A stretch of 64,000 nucleotides of DNA from an uncultured Alphaproteobacteria bacterium (GTDB lineage: Bacteria > Pseudomonadota > Alphaproteobacteria > Methylaequorales > Methylaequoraceae), in the NCBI GenBank assembly GCA_902563505.1, contig CACEXK010000002.1, forward strand, positions 70,884-134,883, written 5' to 3'. Every line of letters starts with the position of its first letter. Position 1 is the stretch's first letter. Below the pieces are notes generated by a model. The model ran no database searches. It was not told the origin of the DNA and saw only the letters and a program-made list of their open reading frames with translations. Shown here in pieces: positions 51,558 through 61,627 of this stretch. Position numbers and translations under genes: made by a program.

Positions 51558-53237
51558 TTAGATATTATCTTTTTTTTGTCTTTTTAGAAGGATATATTGC
51601 TGGCCAATTGATAAAACATTATTAACAGTCCAGTATACAACCATTCCAGATGGGAATGTAGCTAATAAGAATGTAAAAATAAGCGGGAGCATTAAAAATA
51701 TTTTTGCTTGGATTGGGTCAGGTGGTGGAGGGTTTAGTTTTTGTTGAAGAAACATAGTAAGACCCATTAAAATTGGCCAAATACCAATTGTTAGGAATAA
51801 TGGTGGATCCCAGGGGATTAAACCAAATAAATTAAAAATACTTGTTGGATCTGGTGCAGAAAGGTCTTTTATCCACCCAAAAAAAGGTGCATGCCTCATC
51901 TCAATTGAAACAAATAACACTTTATAAAGTGCAAAAAAAATCGGTATTTGTAGGAGAATAGGTAAACATCCAGCGGCTGGATTGATTTTTTTATTTCTAT
52001 ACAAAGCAAACATTTCTTGATTCATCTTGTTTCTATCATCTTTATATCTTTCCCTAATTCTTTTTATCTCTGGAGTTAAAATTCTCATGGCATTCATTGA
52101 TTTAAAAGATTTATTAGCTAGTGGGAATAATGCAATTCTCATAAAAATTGTCAGAATGATTATACCAATTCCAAAATTTTGAAATAGAGAAGAAAGAAAG
52201 TGAAGTGCATAAAAAAGAGGTTTTGTTAGAAAATAGAACCAGCCAAAATCAACTGAAAGATCAAGTTTATTCACATCTAATTTTTTAATGTATTCATCAA
52301 TGAGAGGAACTTCTTTTGCCCCAGCAAAAACATATGATTTTATTTTTAGTTTTTGCCCGGACTCAAGTGTCTTAATATTTTCATTAATAAAGTCAATTTG
52401 TATAGAATCTTTAGAATTTTTTAGGTTCCTAAATCTAGCCTTGAATGGTTCTTCTGTGTCAGGAAATATTGCAACTTGCCAGTAATGATCTGTATAACCA
52501 ATCCATCCATTTTTTGAGGTTTCTATTATTTCATTTTCCTCTATGTCATCGTATGAGATTTCTTTTAAGGTATCATTGAAAACTCCTAAAGGTCCCTCAT
52601 GAAGTATAAAAAATTTATTCTCTGGTATATGGTTTTTTCTTCTTATATAAGAAAAATTGGTCAATTCTATAGTCTTCTCTGATTTATTTAAAACTTCGTC
52701 TTCAACTGTAATCATAAAGTTTTCATCAAAAGAAATATTTCTCAAAAATTTTAAACCATTTTTATTTTCCCATTGGAGTACAATTTTTTCATTTTTTGAA
52801 ATTTTATTTTTTGAAGAAATCCATAAAGAATCTTTTCCTGGTAGTTCTAGATTTTTATCTGTAGATGCCCATCCCATCCTTAAAAAGTAAGGGGAAGTTG
52901 AATTTTCTTTTTCAAGAACTCGAACTTTTTTCTTTCTTTCAATAGTCTCAAAATAATCACTTAAAACTAAGTCATCTAGGGTCGCGCCATACAAATTTAT
53001 ACTACCTTCCAATCTATTAGCAGTAAAAAATAACCTTTTTTCTTTTATTTCAGCACTTGATAAATTTTTAGATTTACTAATTGTTGGTAAATCTGAGTTT
53101 GAATCTCTAGAATTTAAATGAGTTTCAGTATTTGTAGAAGTTTGGGAATTTTTTTTGGGGTTAAAAAGAAAGTCGAAGCCAACCAAGACAATTATAGAAA
53201 AAATAACTGCTAATAATAAATTTTTTTGATTATCCAT
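51558..53237 (-). CDS. yidC: membrane protein insertase YidC
   Basis: N-terminal TM helix, large periplasmic domain and a conserved C-terminal 5-TM core (GCLPILLQIPIFFALY). Confidence 0.95.
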   Translation of the reverse strand: MDNQKNLLLAVIFSIIVLVGFDFLFNPKKNSQTSTNTETHLNSRDSNSDLPTISKSKNLSSAEIKEKRLFFTANRLEGSINLYGATLDDLVLSDYFETIERKKKVRVLEKENSTSPYFLRMGWASTDKNLELPGKDSLWISSKNKISKNEKIVLQWENKNGLKFLRNISFDENFMITVEDEVLNKSEKTIELTNFSYIRRKNHIPENKFFILHEGPLGVFNDTLKEISYDDIEENEIIETSKNGWIGYTDHYWQVAIFPDTEEPFKARFRNLKNSKDSIQIDFINENIKTLESGQKLKIKSYVFAGAKEVPLIDEYIKKLDVNKLDLSVDFGWFYFLTKPLFYALHFLSSLFQNFGIGIIILTIFMRIALFPLANKSFKSMNAMRILTPEIKRIRERYKDDRNKMNQEMFALYRNKKINPAAGCLPILLQIPIFFALYKVLFVSIEMRHAPFFGWIKDLSAPDPTSIFNLFGLIPWDPPLFLTIGIWPILMGLTMFLQQKLNPPPPDPIQAKIFLMLPLIFTFLLATFPSGMVVYWTVNNVLSIGQQYILLKRQKKDNI

Positions 53238-53285
53238 TTTTACTAAAATTAAGTTTTATAAGAAAGGCTGAGAGATTTCAATAAA

Positions 53286-53669
53286 TTAAAAATTGAATTT
53301 TTTTATTAAATTTTTTATATCATTCTCAATCGAAGAATATTCAGTTTCTAAAAATCCTTTTTTGGGGATTATTTCTACTTGCAAATCTTTTTTTAATTCT
53401 TTCCAATTATTCCTTATTATTGATCTAATTACTCTTTTAACATAATTTCTTTTAACGGCATTTCCAATTTTCTTTGAAACTGTGATTCCATATTTTGTTT
53501 CTCCTTTAGATTTAGAAAAATTAAGAATTACAAAATTACCGTGAATTTTTTTACATATACTTCTTAGCTTTAAGAAATCTGACCTTTTTTTAAGTTTATT
53601 AGCTTTTTTAGGCTGACAAAATTTTTCTTCCTTTTTGTCTTCGGTTATTGAGGATTTTTTTACCACCAT
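53286..53669 (-). CDS. rnpA: ribonuclease P protein component
   Basis: [11 protein letters not shown]...[22 protein letters not shown] (RNR-like motif). The only canonical starts (ATG 53696, ATG 53669, GTG 53666) all lie inside rpmH, so the start is uncertain. Confidence 0.85.
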   Translation of the reverse strand: MVVKKSSITEDKKEEKFCQPKKANKLKKRSDFLKLRSICKKIHGNFVILNFSKSKGETKYGITVSKKIGNAVKRNYVKRVIRSIIRNNWKELKKDLQVEIIPKKGFLETEYSSIENDIKNLIKKFNF

Positions 53670-53742
53670 TTGACGACATCCTAGATCTAAAACCATGTCT
53701 TTTTTTTCTTACTTTATTACTTGGCTGGAAAGTTCTCTTCAT
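53608..53742 (-). CDS. rpmH: 50S ribosomal protein L34
   Basis: Not in the ORF track (too short). My hand translation is [44 protein letters not shown]. Confidence 0.93.
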   Translation of the reverse strand: MKRTFQPSNKVRKKRHGFRSRMSSNGGKKILNNRRQKGRKILSA

Positions 53743-53798
53743 TTTTTAAACCTTTTGATAGTTTTTATATCAAATCTCATAAGATTGTAAAATAAAAA

Positions 53799-55469
53799 TT
53801 ATTTTCCCATTACAGTTCCATCTCTTCTTTTATCTGCAATACCAACATAACTATCCTTTTCTTTTTTTATAACACCTAAACCACTGGTCAAATTTCTTAC
53901 TAATCCTTTTTTATCTATCATTTTATTCAGTTTTTTATCTTCTACAAATGATTTACCTTTTATTTTTAGAAAGTTTGGATTGTCTATAGATTTTTTTAAG
54001 TCTAAATCGAAATAAAATATATCGATTAAAACTCTGGAAACATAAGAAATAATTGCTTTTCCACCCGGTGAACCTATTGTTAAGAAGAAATCATTATTTT
54101 CATCAAAAATAATTAAAGGAGACATTGAACTGAGAGGTCTTTTTCCTCCTTCAATTCTATTTTTTTTTTTATTCCCCAATTTGTCAAAAATTTTGAAAGA
54201 AAAATCTGTTAGTTGGTTATTCAAGAAAAAACCATTTACGAAAAGTCTTGATCCAAATGAGCTTTCAATACTGGATGTCACAGACAGAGCATTATTAAAG
54301 CTATCAACTAAACTAAAGTGGCTAGTTGAGTTGAATATTTCATCAAAATTATCAATATAAGTTGTTTTTTTTGTTAATCTAAATGCCCTAAACTCTCTTT
54401 TTAAAAATTCAATTGAAAGAAGTTTTTTTACATTTACAGTTACAAATTCTTCATCAGCAAGATAAATGCTTCTTAAGTGGTATACAAAATCTAATATTTC
54501 CATTATTTCTTTCACACCAACCTCATTATTTTTATTATTTAAATATTCAAACAAAATTAAGGTTTGAAGAATACAAATTGTTCCTGACGAAGGTAGGTTG
54601 GGTCCACAAACCAACATTTTATTATTTAATCTATGACATAAAGCATTTTTTTTTTTTGGTTTATAATTTTTTAAATCGTCGATAGAAAGCATCCCAGGAT
54701 TTTCAGAATTTTTAACAATATTTACAATATTTTTAGCTATTTTGCCTTCATAAAAATCTCTATAATTTTCAGAAATGACAGTAAGGGTTTCTGTGTAAGC
54801 CTCATTAAAAACTTTCTTTTTTGGATCTATTAAAATTTTGTTAAAGAAAGAGTCTGGGTTATTCTTTAAAAAAAACCTATCTTTTTTCAATGCATTAACA
54901 AGTCTATTAGGAGGAACAAATCCATTATTGGATAATTCGATAACTGGTTTAATTATTTCTTTCCAATTGAGTTTTCCAAATTCTTTGTGGATCTTTTTTA
55001 AAGTTTCAAGGTTTGAAGGAACACCCACAGACGCCCCACCTACTGCGGCATCAAAAAATTTTTTTGGCTTTCCATCTTTGTTTAAAAAAATATCATTTTT
55101 TATATTAATGGGTGCCCTCTCTCTTCCATCATAACTCAAAACTTTTTGTGAATCAGAATCAAAATATGTAATAAATAGCCCCCCACCTAATCCAGACGAC
55201 TGCGGTTCAACCAAACCTAAAGTTAATTGTATTGCAACAGCAGCGTCGACAACAGAGCCCCCTTCTTCTAATATTTCAAAACCAATCTTTGTTGCATAAT
55301 TATTAGCTGTAACAACAATAATTTCTTTCCCTTTATCATATTTTTTGTTTTTATAATTAAAATTTGAAAAAGGTTCGGGTTCTATTGATGGGATTAAATC
55401 TTTTAACTGGGGTTTTGAACAAAAGCCGACCAAAAAAATGATTATAAAAAATTTTATTTTTTTATTCAT
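53799..55469 (-). CDS. ggt: gamma-glutamyltransferase
   Basis: Signal peptide, the autoprocessing Thr context NSTSHFSLVD and the GSPGG motif, 556 aa. Confidence 0.92.
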   Translation of the reverse strand: MNKKIKFFIIIFLVGFCSKPQLKDLIPSIEPEPFSNFNYKNKKYDKGKEIIVVTANNYATKIGFEILEEGGSVVDAAVAIQLTLGLVEPQSSGLGGGLFITYFDSDSQKVLSYDGRERAPINIKNDIFLNKDGKPKKFFDAAVGGASVGVPSNLETLKKIHKEFGKLNWKEIIKPVIELSNNGFVPPNRLVNALKKDRFFLKNNPDSFFNKILIDPKKKVFNEAYTETLTVISENYRDFYEGKIAKNIVNIVKNSENPGMLSIDDLKNYKPKKKNALCHRLNNKMLVCGPNLPSSGTICILQTLILFEYLNNKNNEVGVKEIMEILDFVYHLRSIYLADEEFVTVNVKKLLSIEFLKREFRAFRLTKKTTYIDNFDEIFNSTSHFSLVDSFNNALSVTSSIESSFGSRLFVNGFFLNNQLTDFSFKIFDKLGNKKKNRIEGGKRPLSSMSPLIIFDENNDFFLTIGSPGGKAIISYVSRVLIDIFYFDLDLKKSIDNPNFLKIKGKSFVEDKKLNKMIDKKGLVRNLTSGLGVIKKEKDSYVGIADKRRDGTVMGK

Positions 55470-55526
55470 ATAAAAATATAGTAAGTTTAGTTTTCTAATA
55501 ATGTTAGTTTTTTTTTAGGAAAAGAT

Positions 55527-56312
55527 TTGAAAATAACAAAAAAAAAAATTTATGAGAAGTATAAAAAACGACAACCTATTGTTTGCTTGACTTCTTATAC
55601 AGAACCAATTGCAAAAATTGCAGACAAATTTGCTGACATAATTTTAGTTGGTGATTCAGTCGGGCCAGTTCTGTATGGATATAATTCCACTAAAGAGGTT
55701 AATATGCAGCTAATGATTAATCATGCAGTAGCAGTATCTAAAAGTGTGAAAAAATCTTTTGTTGTTATTGACATGCCTTTTGGAACTTACGAAAAATCTA
55801 AATCTAAAGCTTTAAAAAATGCAAAAATTATTTTATCAAATTCAGGAGCAGATGCAGTAAAATTAGAAGGTGGAGAAAAAATTTCTGAAAATGTAAAATA
55901 TTTAACTAGTAATAACATTACTGTAATTGGACATTTAGGAATGCAGCCCCAATCATTGGATGGTAACTATAAAGTATTTGGTAGAAGTAGGGAAGAAAAG
56001 AAACAAATAATAAAGGATTTAAAATATCTTGAAGATTCTGGGGTGATGGCAATCGTTTTAGAATGTACAATTAAATCACTGGTTAAAGAGGTGTTGAGAA
56101 TAGCTAAAGTTCCTATAATTGGTATTGGTGCAACCGTAGAATGCGATGGACAAATTTTAGTAGCTGAGGATTTATTAGGATTGAGTGAATTTAAGTCAAA
56201 ATTTTTGAAAAAATATTCAAACTTAAGAAAAATAGTGAGTAATTCTTTTTTTAAATTTTCCGAAGATGTGAAAAATCGTAAATACCCAAAACGAAAACAC
56301 TACTATGAATAA
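55527..56312 (+). CDS. panB: 3-methyl-2-oxobutanoate hydroxymethyltransferase
   Basis: ILVGDSVG, VIDMPFGTY and VKLEGG motifs, TTG start. Confidence 0.93.
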   Translation: MKITKKKIYEKYKKRQPIVCLTSYTEPIAKIADKFADIILVGDSVGPVLYGYNSTKEVNMQLMINHAVAVSKSVKKSFVVIDMPFGTYEKSKSKALKNAKIILSNSGADAVKLEGGEKISENVKYLTSNNITVIGHLGMQPQSLDGNYKVFGRSREEKKQIIKDLKYLEDSGVMAIVLECTIKSLVKEVLRIAKVPIIGIGATVECDGQILVAEDLLGLSEFKSKFLKKYSNLRKIVSNSFFKFSEDVKNRKYPKRKHYYE

Positions 56313-56322
56313 ATTATAAGTT

Positions 56323-57183
56323 ATGATTATAAAAAAAAAAAAATTACTCCAAAAAGCTCTAAGCTCAATCAGAGAAAAAAGACAAATAACTTTTATTCCA
56401 ACAATGGGAAATTTTCATAAAGGTCATTTAAGTTTGATAAATTATGCAAAAAAAAAGAAAGATTTCACTGTAGTTAGTATTTTTGTTAATCCATTGCAAT
56501 TTGATGATAAAGAAGACTTTAATTTATACCCTAGAACATTAAAGAATGACATAGATCTGCTGAAAGATATTGGAGTTGATTTAATTTATATTCCTCAGCC
56601 ATCTATTGTTAATAACAATCTTAGTTTTATTAAAACAAATTTAATTTCAGAGAACCTTTGTGGTCTAGACAGGCCTGGTCATTTCTCTGGAGTTTCCACA
56701 ATAATTTTGAAATTTTTAATTTTAATACAGCCTGATAGAATAATTTTAGGTGAAAAAGACTACCAACAAACTCTTGTGATAAAACAAATAATTAAAGATT
56801 TTTTTTTCCCAACAAAAGTTTTGATCTTACCGACTGTAAGAGATGAAAGTGGGCTAGCACTTTCTTCAAGAAATAGTTTGATTGGAAAAAAAAAACGCTT
56901 AAGTGCAAAAGTAATTTTTGAATCTTTGAATTTATTAGCTCAGGAGATAATTGAAGATGGCATTTCTATTAGTAGATTACATTTCTACAAAATAAAAATA
57001 CTTAAGGCTGGTTTTGAAAAGGTTAATTATCTTGAAATTCTCAAAGAGAAAAATCTTCTTCCGTTGGATGACTATCCAGATAAAGCAAGAATTTTTATTT
57101 CTGCTGTCATAGATAATGTTAGGCTGATTGATAATATCAGTTTGAAAAAAAAACTTAAATTAAAAAAAGGTAAAATACTCTAG
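56323..57183 (+). CDS. panC: pantoate--beta-alanine ligase
   Basis: FIPTMGNFHKGHLSL, VSIFVNPLQF and GEKDYQQ motifs. Confidence 0.93.
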   Translation: MIIKKKKLLQKALSSIREKRQITFIPTMGNFHKGHLSLINYAKKKKDFTVVSIFVNPLQFDDKEDFNLYPRTLKNDIDLLKDIGVDLIYIPQPSIVNNNLSFIKTNLISENLCGLDRPGHFSGVSTIILKFLILIQPDRIILGEKDYQQTLVIKQIIKDFFFPTKVLILPTVRDESGLALSSRNSLIGKKKRLSAKVIFESLNLLAQEIIEDGISISRLHFYKIKILKAGFEKVNYLEILKEKNLLPLDDYPDKARIFISAVIDNVRLIDNISLKKKLKLKKGKIL

Positions 57184-57186
57184 TGG

Positions 57187-58356
57187 TTAATTTTTAAGAT
57201 AAATGTGTACTTCTTCAGCTTGGGCTGAAGTACTGTTTGATGAGGTTAGTGATAATCTTTCAGATGGAACACCCATTTCAATTATTTTATTAAAAACTTC
57301 CGATGCTCTCACTCGAGCTTGATCTGTAAAAGTTGCTCCACCTGTGGGACTAACTGCTACGACTTCAAAGCTGGCAGAAGGCATTTGTTCAAGAGCACCT
57401 GAAATTGCTTCAAAAAGTGCAGTTGAATAATCAAAACTAGTATCATCGAATTTAATAACAAGAATTGCGTTATCATAATTCAGTGGTACAACCTTTGGTT
57501 TTTGAGCTTCTGCATCGCCAGAACTACTTGAAATTGATGAACTTTTGGACCCAGTTGGAGGAGCTGTTACCCTTCCTCCAAATTTACCTACTTCAACATC
57601 TTCAGCAAGTTGTTTCATATATTCTCTCTCGTCATTTAAAATTCTTATTTCACGAGTGATTTTTTGTTCAAGTTCATCCATCAGCCTTTGATATAGTACA
57701 GCGGTTCTTTGAACATCATCATTTAAGACTTTAAGCTGATTATGATCTTCATCAATAGCTCCAGAAATATAAAAACTAGAATCAATTGCATTTTTAAGGT
57801 GGGTAATTAAGGCCGCGTCAGCGGTAACTCTATTGTTTACAATTTGTAAGTTGTTAACATTGTTTTGGATGTCCTCAAGCGCCCTTTGCGCATCATTCCA
57901 TTGTCCAACCAAAATTGGATTCCCTGGGGTTGTTCCAATTTGCAGTCTAGATCTTATTGCACTTGAAAGACCTTGGTAAACAGATGTTTGTTCATCTACC
58001 AGATCCTTAAACCTCAAAAAATCATTATTGTGAGAGGATATTGCATTTTGGATGCTTGACAAATCTGCCCTAAATTGGTTAATTTTTCCTCCAACAAATG
58101 TCCCGGTTGGACCAGTATCATACGCTACTTCAGGTTGCGCCATTGGCGGTGGAGGAGCATATTGTGATGGAGGTATTTCTTGTGAAGTATTATCTTGCTG
58201 TACGGATTCAATGGTTTGGGGTACTTCTTCCAGAGCCGGTGGTGCGACTACCTCTTCATCAGAAAGAGATGGGAAAACATACTCCTGAACTCCCGTGCAA
58301 GAATAAGTTGTAAAAACTAAAGAGAGTACTATATATTTTATGTATTGGTTTTTCAT
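57187..58356 (-). CDS. hypothetical lipoprotein with Pro-rich linker, coiled coil and degenerate OmpA-like C-terminal domain
   Basis: MKNQYIKYIVLSLVFTTYSC is a lipobox-like signal. The C-terminus FEVVAVSPTGG...ARVRASEVFNKIIEMGVPSERLSL echoes the OmpA_C pattern (LS..RA..V...L...GV...R) but lacks the usual HTD/N residues. The ATG at 58356 is preferred over the TTG at 58374. Confidence 0.45.
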   Translation of the reverse strand: MKNQYIKYIVLSLVFTTYSCTGVQEYVFPSLSDEEVVAPPALEEVPQTIESVQQDNTSQEIPPSQYAPPPPMAQPEVAYDTGPTGTFVGGKINQFRADLSSIQNAISSHNNDFLRFKDLVDEQTSVYQGLSSAIRSRLQIGTTPGNPILVGQWNDAQRALEDIQNNVNNLQIVNNRVTADAALITHLKNAIDSSFYISGAIDEDHNQLKVLNDDVQRTAVLYQRLMDELEQKITREIRILNDEREYMKQLAEDVEVGKFGGRVTAPPTGSKSSSISSSSGDAEAQKPKVVPLNYDNAILVIKFDDTSFDYSTALFEAISGALEQMPSASFEVVAVSPTGGATFTDQARVRASEVFNKIIEMGVPSERLSLTSSNSTSAQAEEVHIYLKN

Positions 58357-58527
58357 TATATTTACACTACGCAATGTTTATTATTATTGTTAACAATTCG
58401 AATTTAATAATAATTACATATATCCTATTAAAAATCCAAAATAAATAAAAAAAAATTATTCAGTAAAAAAAAAATCTCAACAACGGTTTTAAAATAGCTA
58501 TATAATTTTCTAAAACCAAGAAATTTT

Positions 58528-58604
58528 GTGCCCGTAGCTTAATTGGATAGAGCATCTGACTACGAATCAGAAGGTTGGGAGTTCGACTCTCTCCGGGCAC
58601 GCCA
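58528..58604 (+). tRNA. tRNA-Arg (anticodon ACG), CCA encoded
   Basis: Folded by hand. Acceptor GTGCCCG/CGGGCAC, anticodon stem TCTGA/TCAGA with loop CTACGAA, T arm GGGAG-TTCGACT-CTCTC. Confidence 0.93.
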
Positions 58605-58615
58605 AAAATCTTTTA

Positions 58616-58662
58616 CTACTAGTTATTGACATTAAAATAACTTTTATTACTATATATTGTGT
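58616..58662 (+). promoter_or_regulatory. candidate nrdAB promoter with NrdR boxes
   Basis: A TTGACA -35 hexamer (58626-58631) is followed about 19 nt later by TATATA. A strong NrdR-box-like 16-mer, TTACTATATATTGTGT (58647-58662), matches the remembered consensus acaCwAtATaTwGtgt at 14/16 positions. A weak box, CTACTAGTTATTGACA (58616-58631), matches at 9/16, with centres 31 bp apart. Confidence 0.5.
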
Positions 58663-58704
58663 TTTAGGAAAATTTTATATAATTTGTAAGGGTAGGAAAT
58701 TACT

Positions 58705-60567
58705 ATGTCACCAACAACATCGCTAAATGTACTTTCAATAGATTCAAAAAAAGAGAGTATAAAAAGTCCTCTAGAAAATTCAGAATTTAGACCAGATTAT
58801 TCAAAAGACGATAATTTGACCGATTTTGGAAAGGCAACATTGATTGACAGATATTTGTTACCAGGGGAGAAATTTCAAGATATGTTTCTCAGAGTAGCAA
58901 AGAGTTATTCCGATGATTTAGAACATGCAAAAAGAATATACGGCTATATTTCTAAACTCTGGTTTATGCCTGCAACGCCAGTTTTATCAAATGGTGGTGC
59001 TAAAAGGGGTCTGCCTATATCATGTTTTTTGAACACTGTTCATGATAGTCTTGAGGGTATTCTATCTACTTGGAGTGAGAATGTTTGGTTGGCCTCCAAC
59101 GGTGGTGGTATTGGAACATATTGGGGTGAAGTACGATCAATCGGTGAAACTGTCAAAAAATCTGGCCAAACCTCAGGTATTATTCCGTTTGTAAGAGTTA
59201 TGGACTCTTTGACCCTTGCAATCTCTCAAGGATCTTTAAGAAGAGGTTCAGCTGCTTGCTACTTGGATGTTCATCATCCTGAAATTGAAGAATTTTTAGA
59301 GATTAGAAAACCATCCGGAGATTTTAACAGAAAAAGTCTAAATCTTCATCATGGAATAAATATAACAGATGAATTTATGGAGTGTGTAAAGCATAACAGA
59401 GAGTTTTCTCTTAGAAGTCCAAAAACAAATGAGACGATGAGAAAAATTAACGCTCGAGACTTATGGCAAAAAATTCTGGAAACAAGAATGCAAACAGGAG
59501 AACCTTATTTGGTTTTTATCGATACAGTTAATAAAAATATGGCTAAGCATCAACAGAAAAAAGGTTTAAAAGTAAAAACATCCAATCTTTGCAGTGAGAT
59601 TATGTTACACACAGGAATAGACCATCTAGGAAAAGAAAGGACAGCTGTATGTTGCTTGTCTTCAGTTAATCTCGAAAAGTGGGATGAATGGAATAAAGAT
59701 AAAAATTTCATTCAAGATATAATGAGATTCCTTGACAATGTTTTAGAAGATTTCATTTCTAATGCACCAGAATCGATGAAAAATGCAGTTTATTCTGCAA
59801 AGATGGAGCGTTCAGTTGGTCTTGGGGCTATGGGCTTCCACAGTTTTCTTCAAAAAAAAGGAATACCATTTGAGAGTGCATTAGCAAAAAGTTGGAATGT
59901 TAAATTTTTTAAACATTTGAAGCAAGAGGCTGACAAAGCTTCTGTTATATTAGCAATTGAAAAGGGAGAGTGTCCTGATGCCAAAGAGTTTGGTGTAAAA
60001 GCAAGATTTAGTCACAAGTTAGCAATAGCACCGACGGCTTCGATAAGTATCATTTGTGGTGGGACTAGTGCTTGCATAGAACCTATACCTGCTAATATCT
60101 ACACTCATAAAACTCTCTCAGGTTCTTTTACAGTAAAAAATAAATATTTAGAAAATCTTTTTGAAAGTAAAGGAATTAATAATGATAAAATATGGCAGAG
60201 TGTGCTAGAGAATGATGGATCTGTATCACATTTAGAAGATTTAAATGATGATGAAAAAGCAATTTTTAAAACAGCTTTTGAAATAGATCAAAGATGGATT
60301 GTTGAAATGGCAGCTGATAGAACTCCATATATATGCCAAAGTCAATCTGTTAATTTATATTTGAATGCAGACATTGATAAATGGGACTTGATGATGCTTC
60401 ACTGGAAGGCCTGGGAAATGGGAATAAAAAGTTTGTATTACTGTCGTTCAAAATCTATTCAAAGAGCAAGTTATGCTGGTGTTGAAGCAGATAATACAAA
60501 GAATTGGCCGGAAAAAAAATTAGAAAATACAAAAACAGATTATGAAGAATGCTTATCATGTCAATAG
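58705..60567 (+). CDS. nrdA: ribonucleoside-diphosphate reductase alpha subunit (class I, no ATP-cone)
   Basis: PATPVLSNGG, catalytic SNLCSEI, C-terminal ..ECLSCQ Cys pair, 620 aa. The N-terminus shows no VxKRDG-type ATP-cone. Confidence 0.93.
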   Translation: MSPTTSLNVLSIDSKKESIKSPLENSEFRPDYSKDDNLTDFGKATLIDRYLLPGEKFQDMFLRVAKSYSDDLEHAKRIYGYISKLWFMPATPVLSNGGAKRGLPISCFLNTVHDSLEGILSTWSENVWLASNGGGIGTYWGEVRSIGETVKKSGQTSGIIPFVRVMDSLTLAISQGSLRRGSAACYLDVHHPEIEEFLEIRKPSGDFNRKSLNLHHGINITDEFMECVKHNREFSLRSPKTNETMRKINARDLWQKILETRMQTGEPYLVFIDTVNKNMAKHQQKKGLKVKTSNLCSEIMLHTGIDHLGKERTAVCCLSSVNLEKWDEWNKDKNFIQDIMRFLDNVLEDFISNAPESMKNAVYSAKMERSVGLGAMGFHSFLQKKGIPFESALAKSWNVKFFKHLKQEADKASVILAIEKGECPDAKEFGVKARFSHKLAIAPTASISIICGGTSACIEPIPANIYTHKTLSGSFTVKNKYLENLFESKGINNDKIWQSVLENDGSVSHLEDLNDDEKAIFKTAFEIDQRWIVEMAADRTPYICQSQSVNLYLNADIDKWDLMMLHWKAWEMGIKSLYYCRSKSIQRASYAGVEADNTKNWPEKKLENTKTDYEECLSCQ

Positions 60568-60591
60568 TTTAAGAAAGAGGGGAAAATAATT

Positions 60592-61617
60592 ATGGATAGT
60601 TTTGAAAAAAAAATAAAACAAACACCAGGTTTACTTACACCGTCGCACTCATACAAGCCTTTTAGATATCCATGGGCATATGACTTTTGGAAGAGACAGC
60701 AACAGGTACATTGGATGCCTGAAGAAGTTCCCATGGGTGAGGATTGTAAGGATTGGGTTATTAAACTTAACGACAATGAAAGAAACCTTCTCACACAAAT
60801 TTTTAGATTTTTTACACAATCTGATGTTGAAGTAAATGATAACTATATGGAGCGATACTCTCAAGTTTTTAAACCTACAGAAGTAAAAATGATGATGTCT
60901 GCTTTTTCTAATATCGAAACAGTACATATAGCTGCCTATGCTCTTCTTTTAGAAACAATTGGTATGCCGGATACAGAGTTCTCTGCATTCTTGGAATACA
61001 AAGAGATGGCAGACAAACATGATTATATGCAGAAATTTACAGTAGATTCTAACCATGAAATAGCAAAAACAGTAGCAATGTTTGGAGGCTTTACAGAGGG
61101 CTTGCAATTATTTGCAAGTTTTGCAATGCTTCTGAATTTTCCTAGATATAATAAAATGAGAGGAATGGGTCAAATAGTTACATGGTCGGTTAGAGATGAG
61201 TCATTACATTGCGAAGGAATGATTAAATTATTTCATGAGTTTGTTAAAGAGACAAAATGTATGACTCCAAAATTAGAAAAAGAAATCATTGAATGTTGTG
61301 AGACAGTCGTTAAGTTGGAAGATAATTTTATTGATCTAGCTTTTTCTTTGGGCCCAGTTGAAGGAATGGATGCACAAGATATAAAAAATTACATAAGATA
61401 CATTGCCGATTGGAGACTTAAACAGCTAAACTTTGAACCAATTTTCGGAATAAAAAAACATCCGTTGCCTTGGTTAACAGAAATTTTAAACGGTGTTGAA
61501 CATGCAAATTTTTTCGAAGCAAGAGCTACAGAATATTCAAAAGTTGCTACAAGTGGGACTTGGGATGGAAAAGATGGTGTTTGGTCATCATTTGATAAAA
61601 AAATGGCAAGTTTTTAG
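60592..61617 (+). CDS. nrdB: ribonucleoside-diphosphate reductase beta subunit
   Basis: Ferritin-like ligand motifs QSDVEV, IETVHIAAY (E..H plus Tyr at +4) and VRDESLH. Confidence 0.93.
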   Translation: MDSFEKKIKQTPGLLTPSHSYKPFRYPWAYDFWKRQQQVHWMPEEVPMGEDCKDWVIKLNDNERNLLTQIFRFFTQSDVEVNDNYMERYSQVFKPTEVKMMMSAFSNIETVHIAAYALLLETIGMPDTEFSAFLEYKEMADKHDYMQKFTVDSNHEIAKTVAMFGGFTEGLQLFASFAMLLNFPRYNKMRGMGQIVTWSVRDESLHCEGMIKLFHEFVKETKCMTPKLEKEIIECCETVVKLEDNFIDLAFSLGPVEGMDAQDIKNYIRYIADWRLKQLNFEPIFGIKKHPLPWLTEILNGVEHANFFEARATEYSKVATSGTWDGKDGVWSSFDKKMASF

Positions 61618-61627
61618 AGACTCGAAA

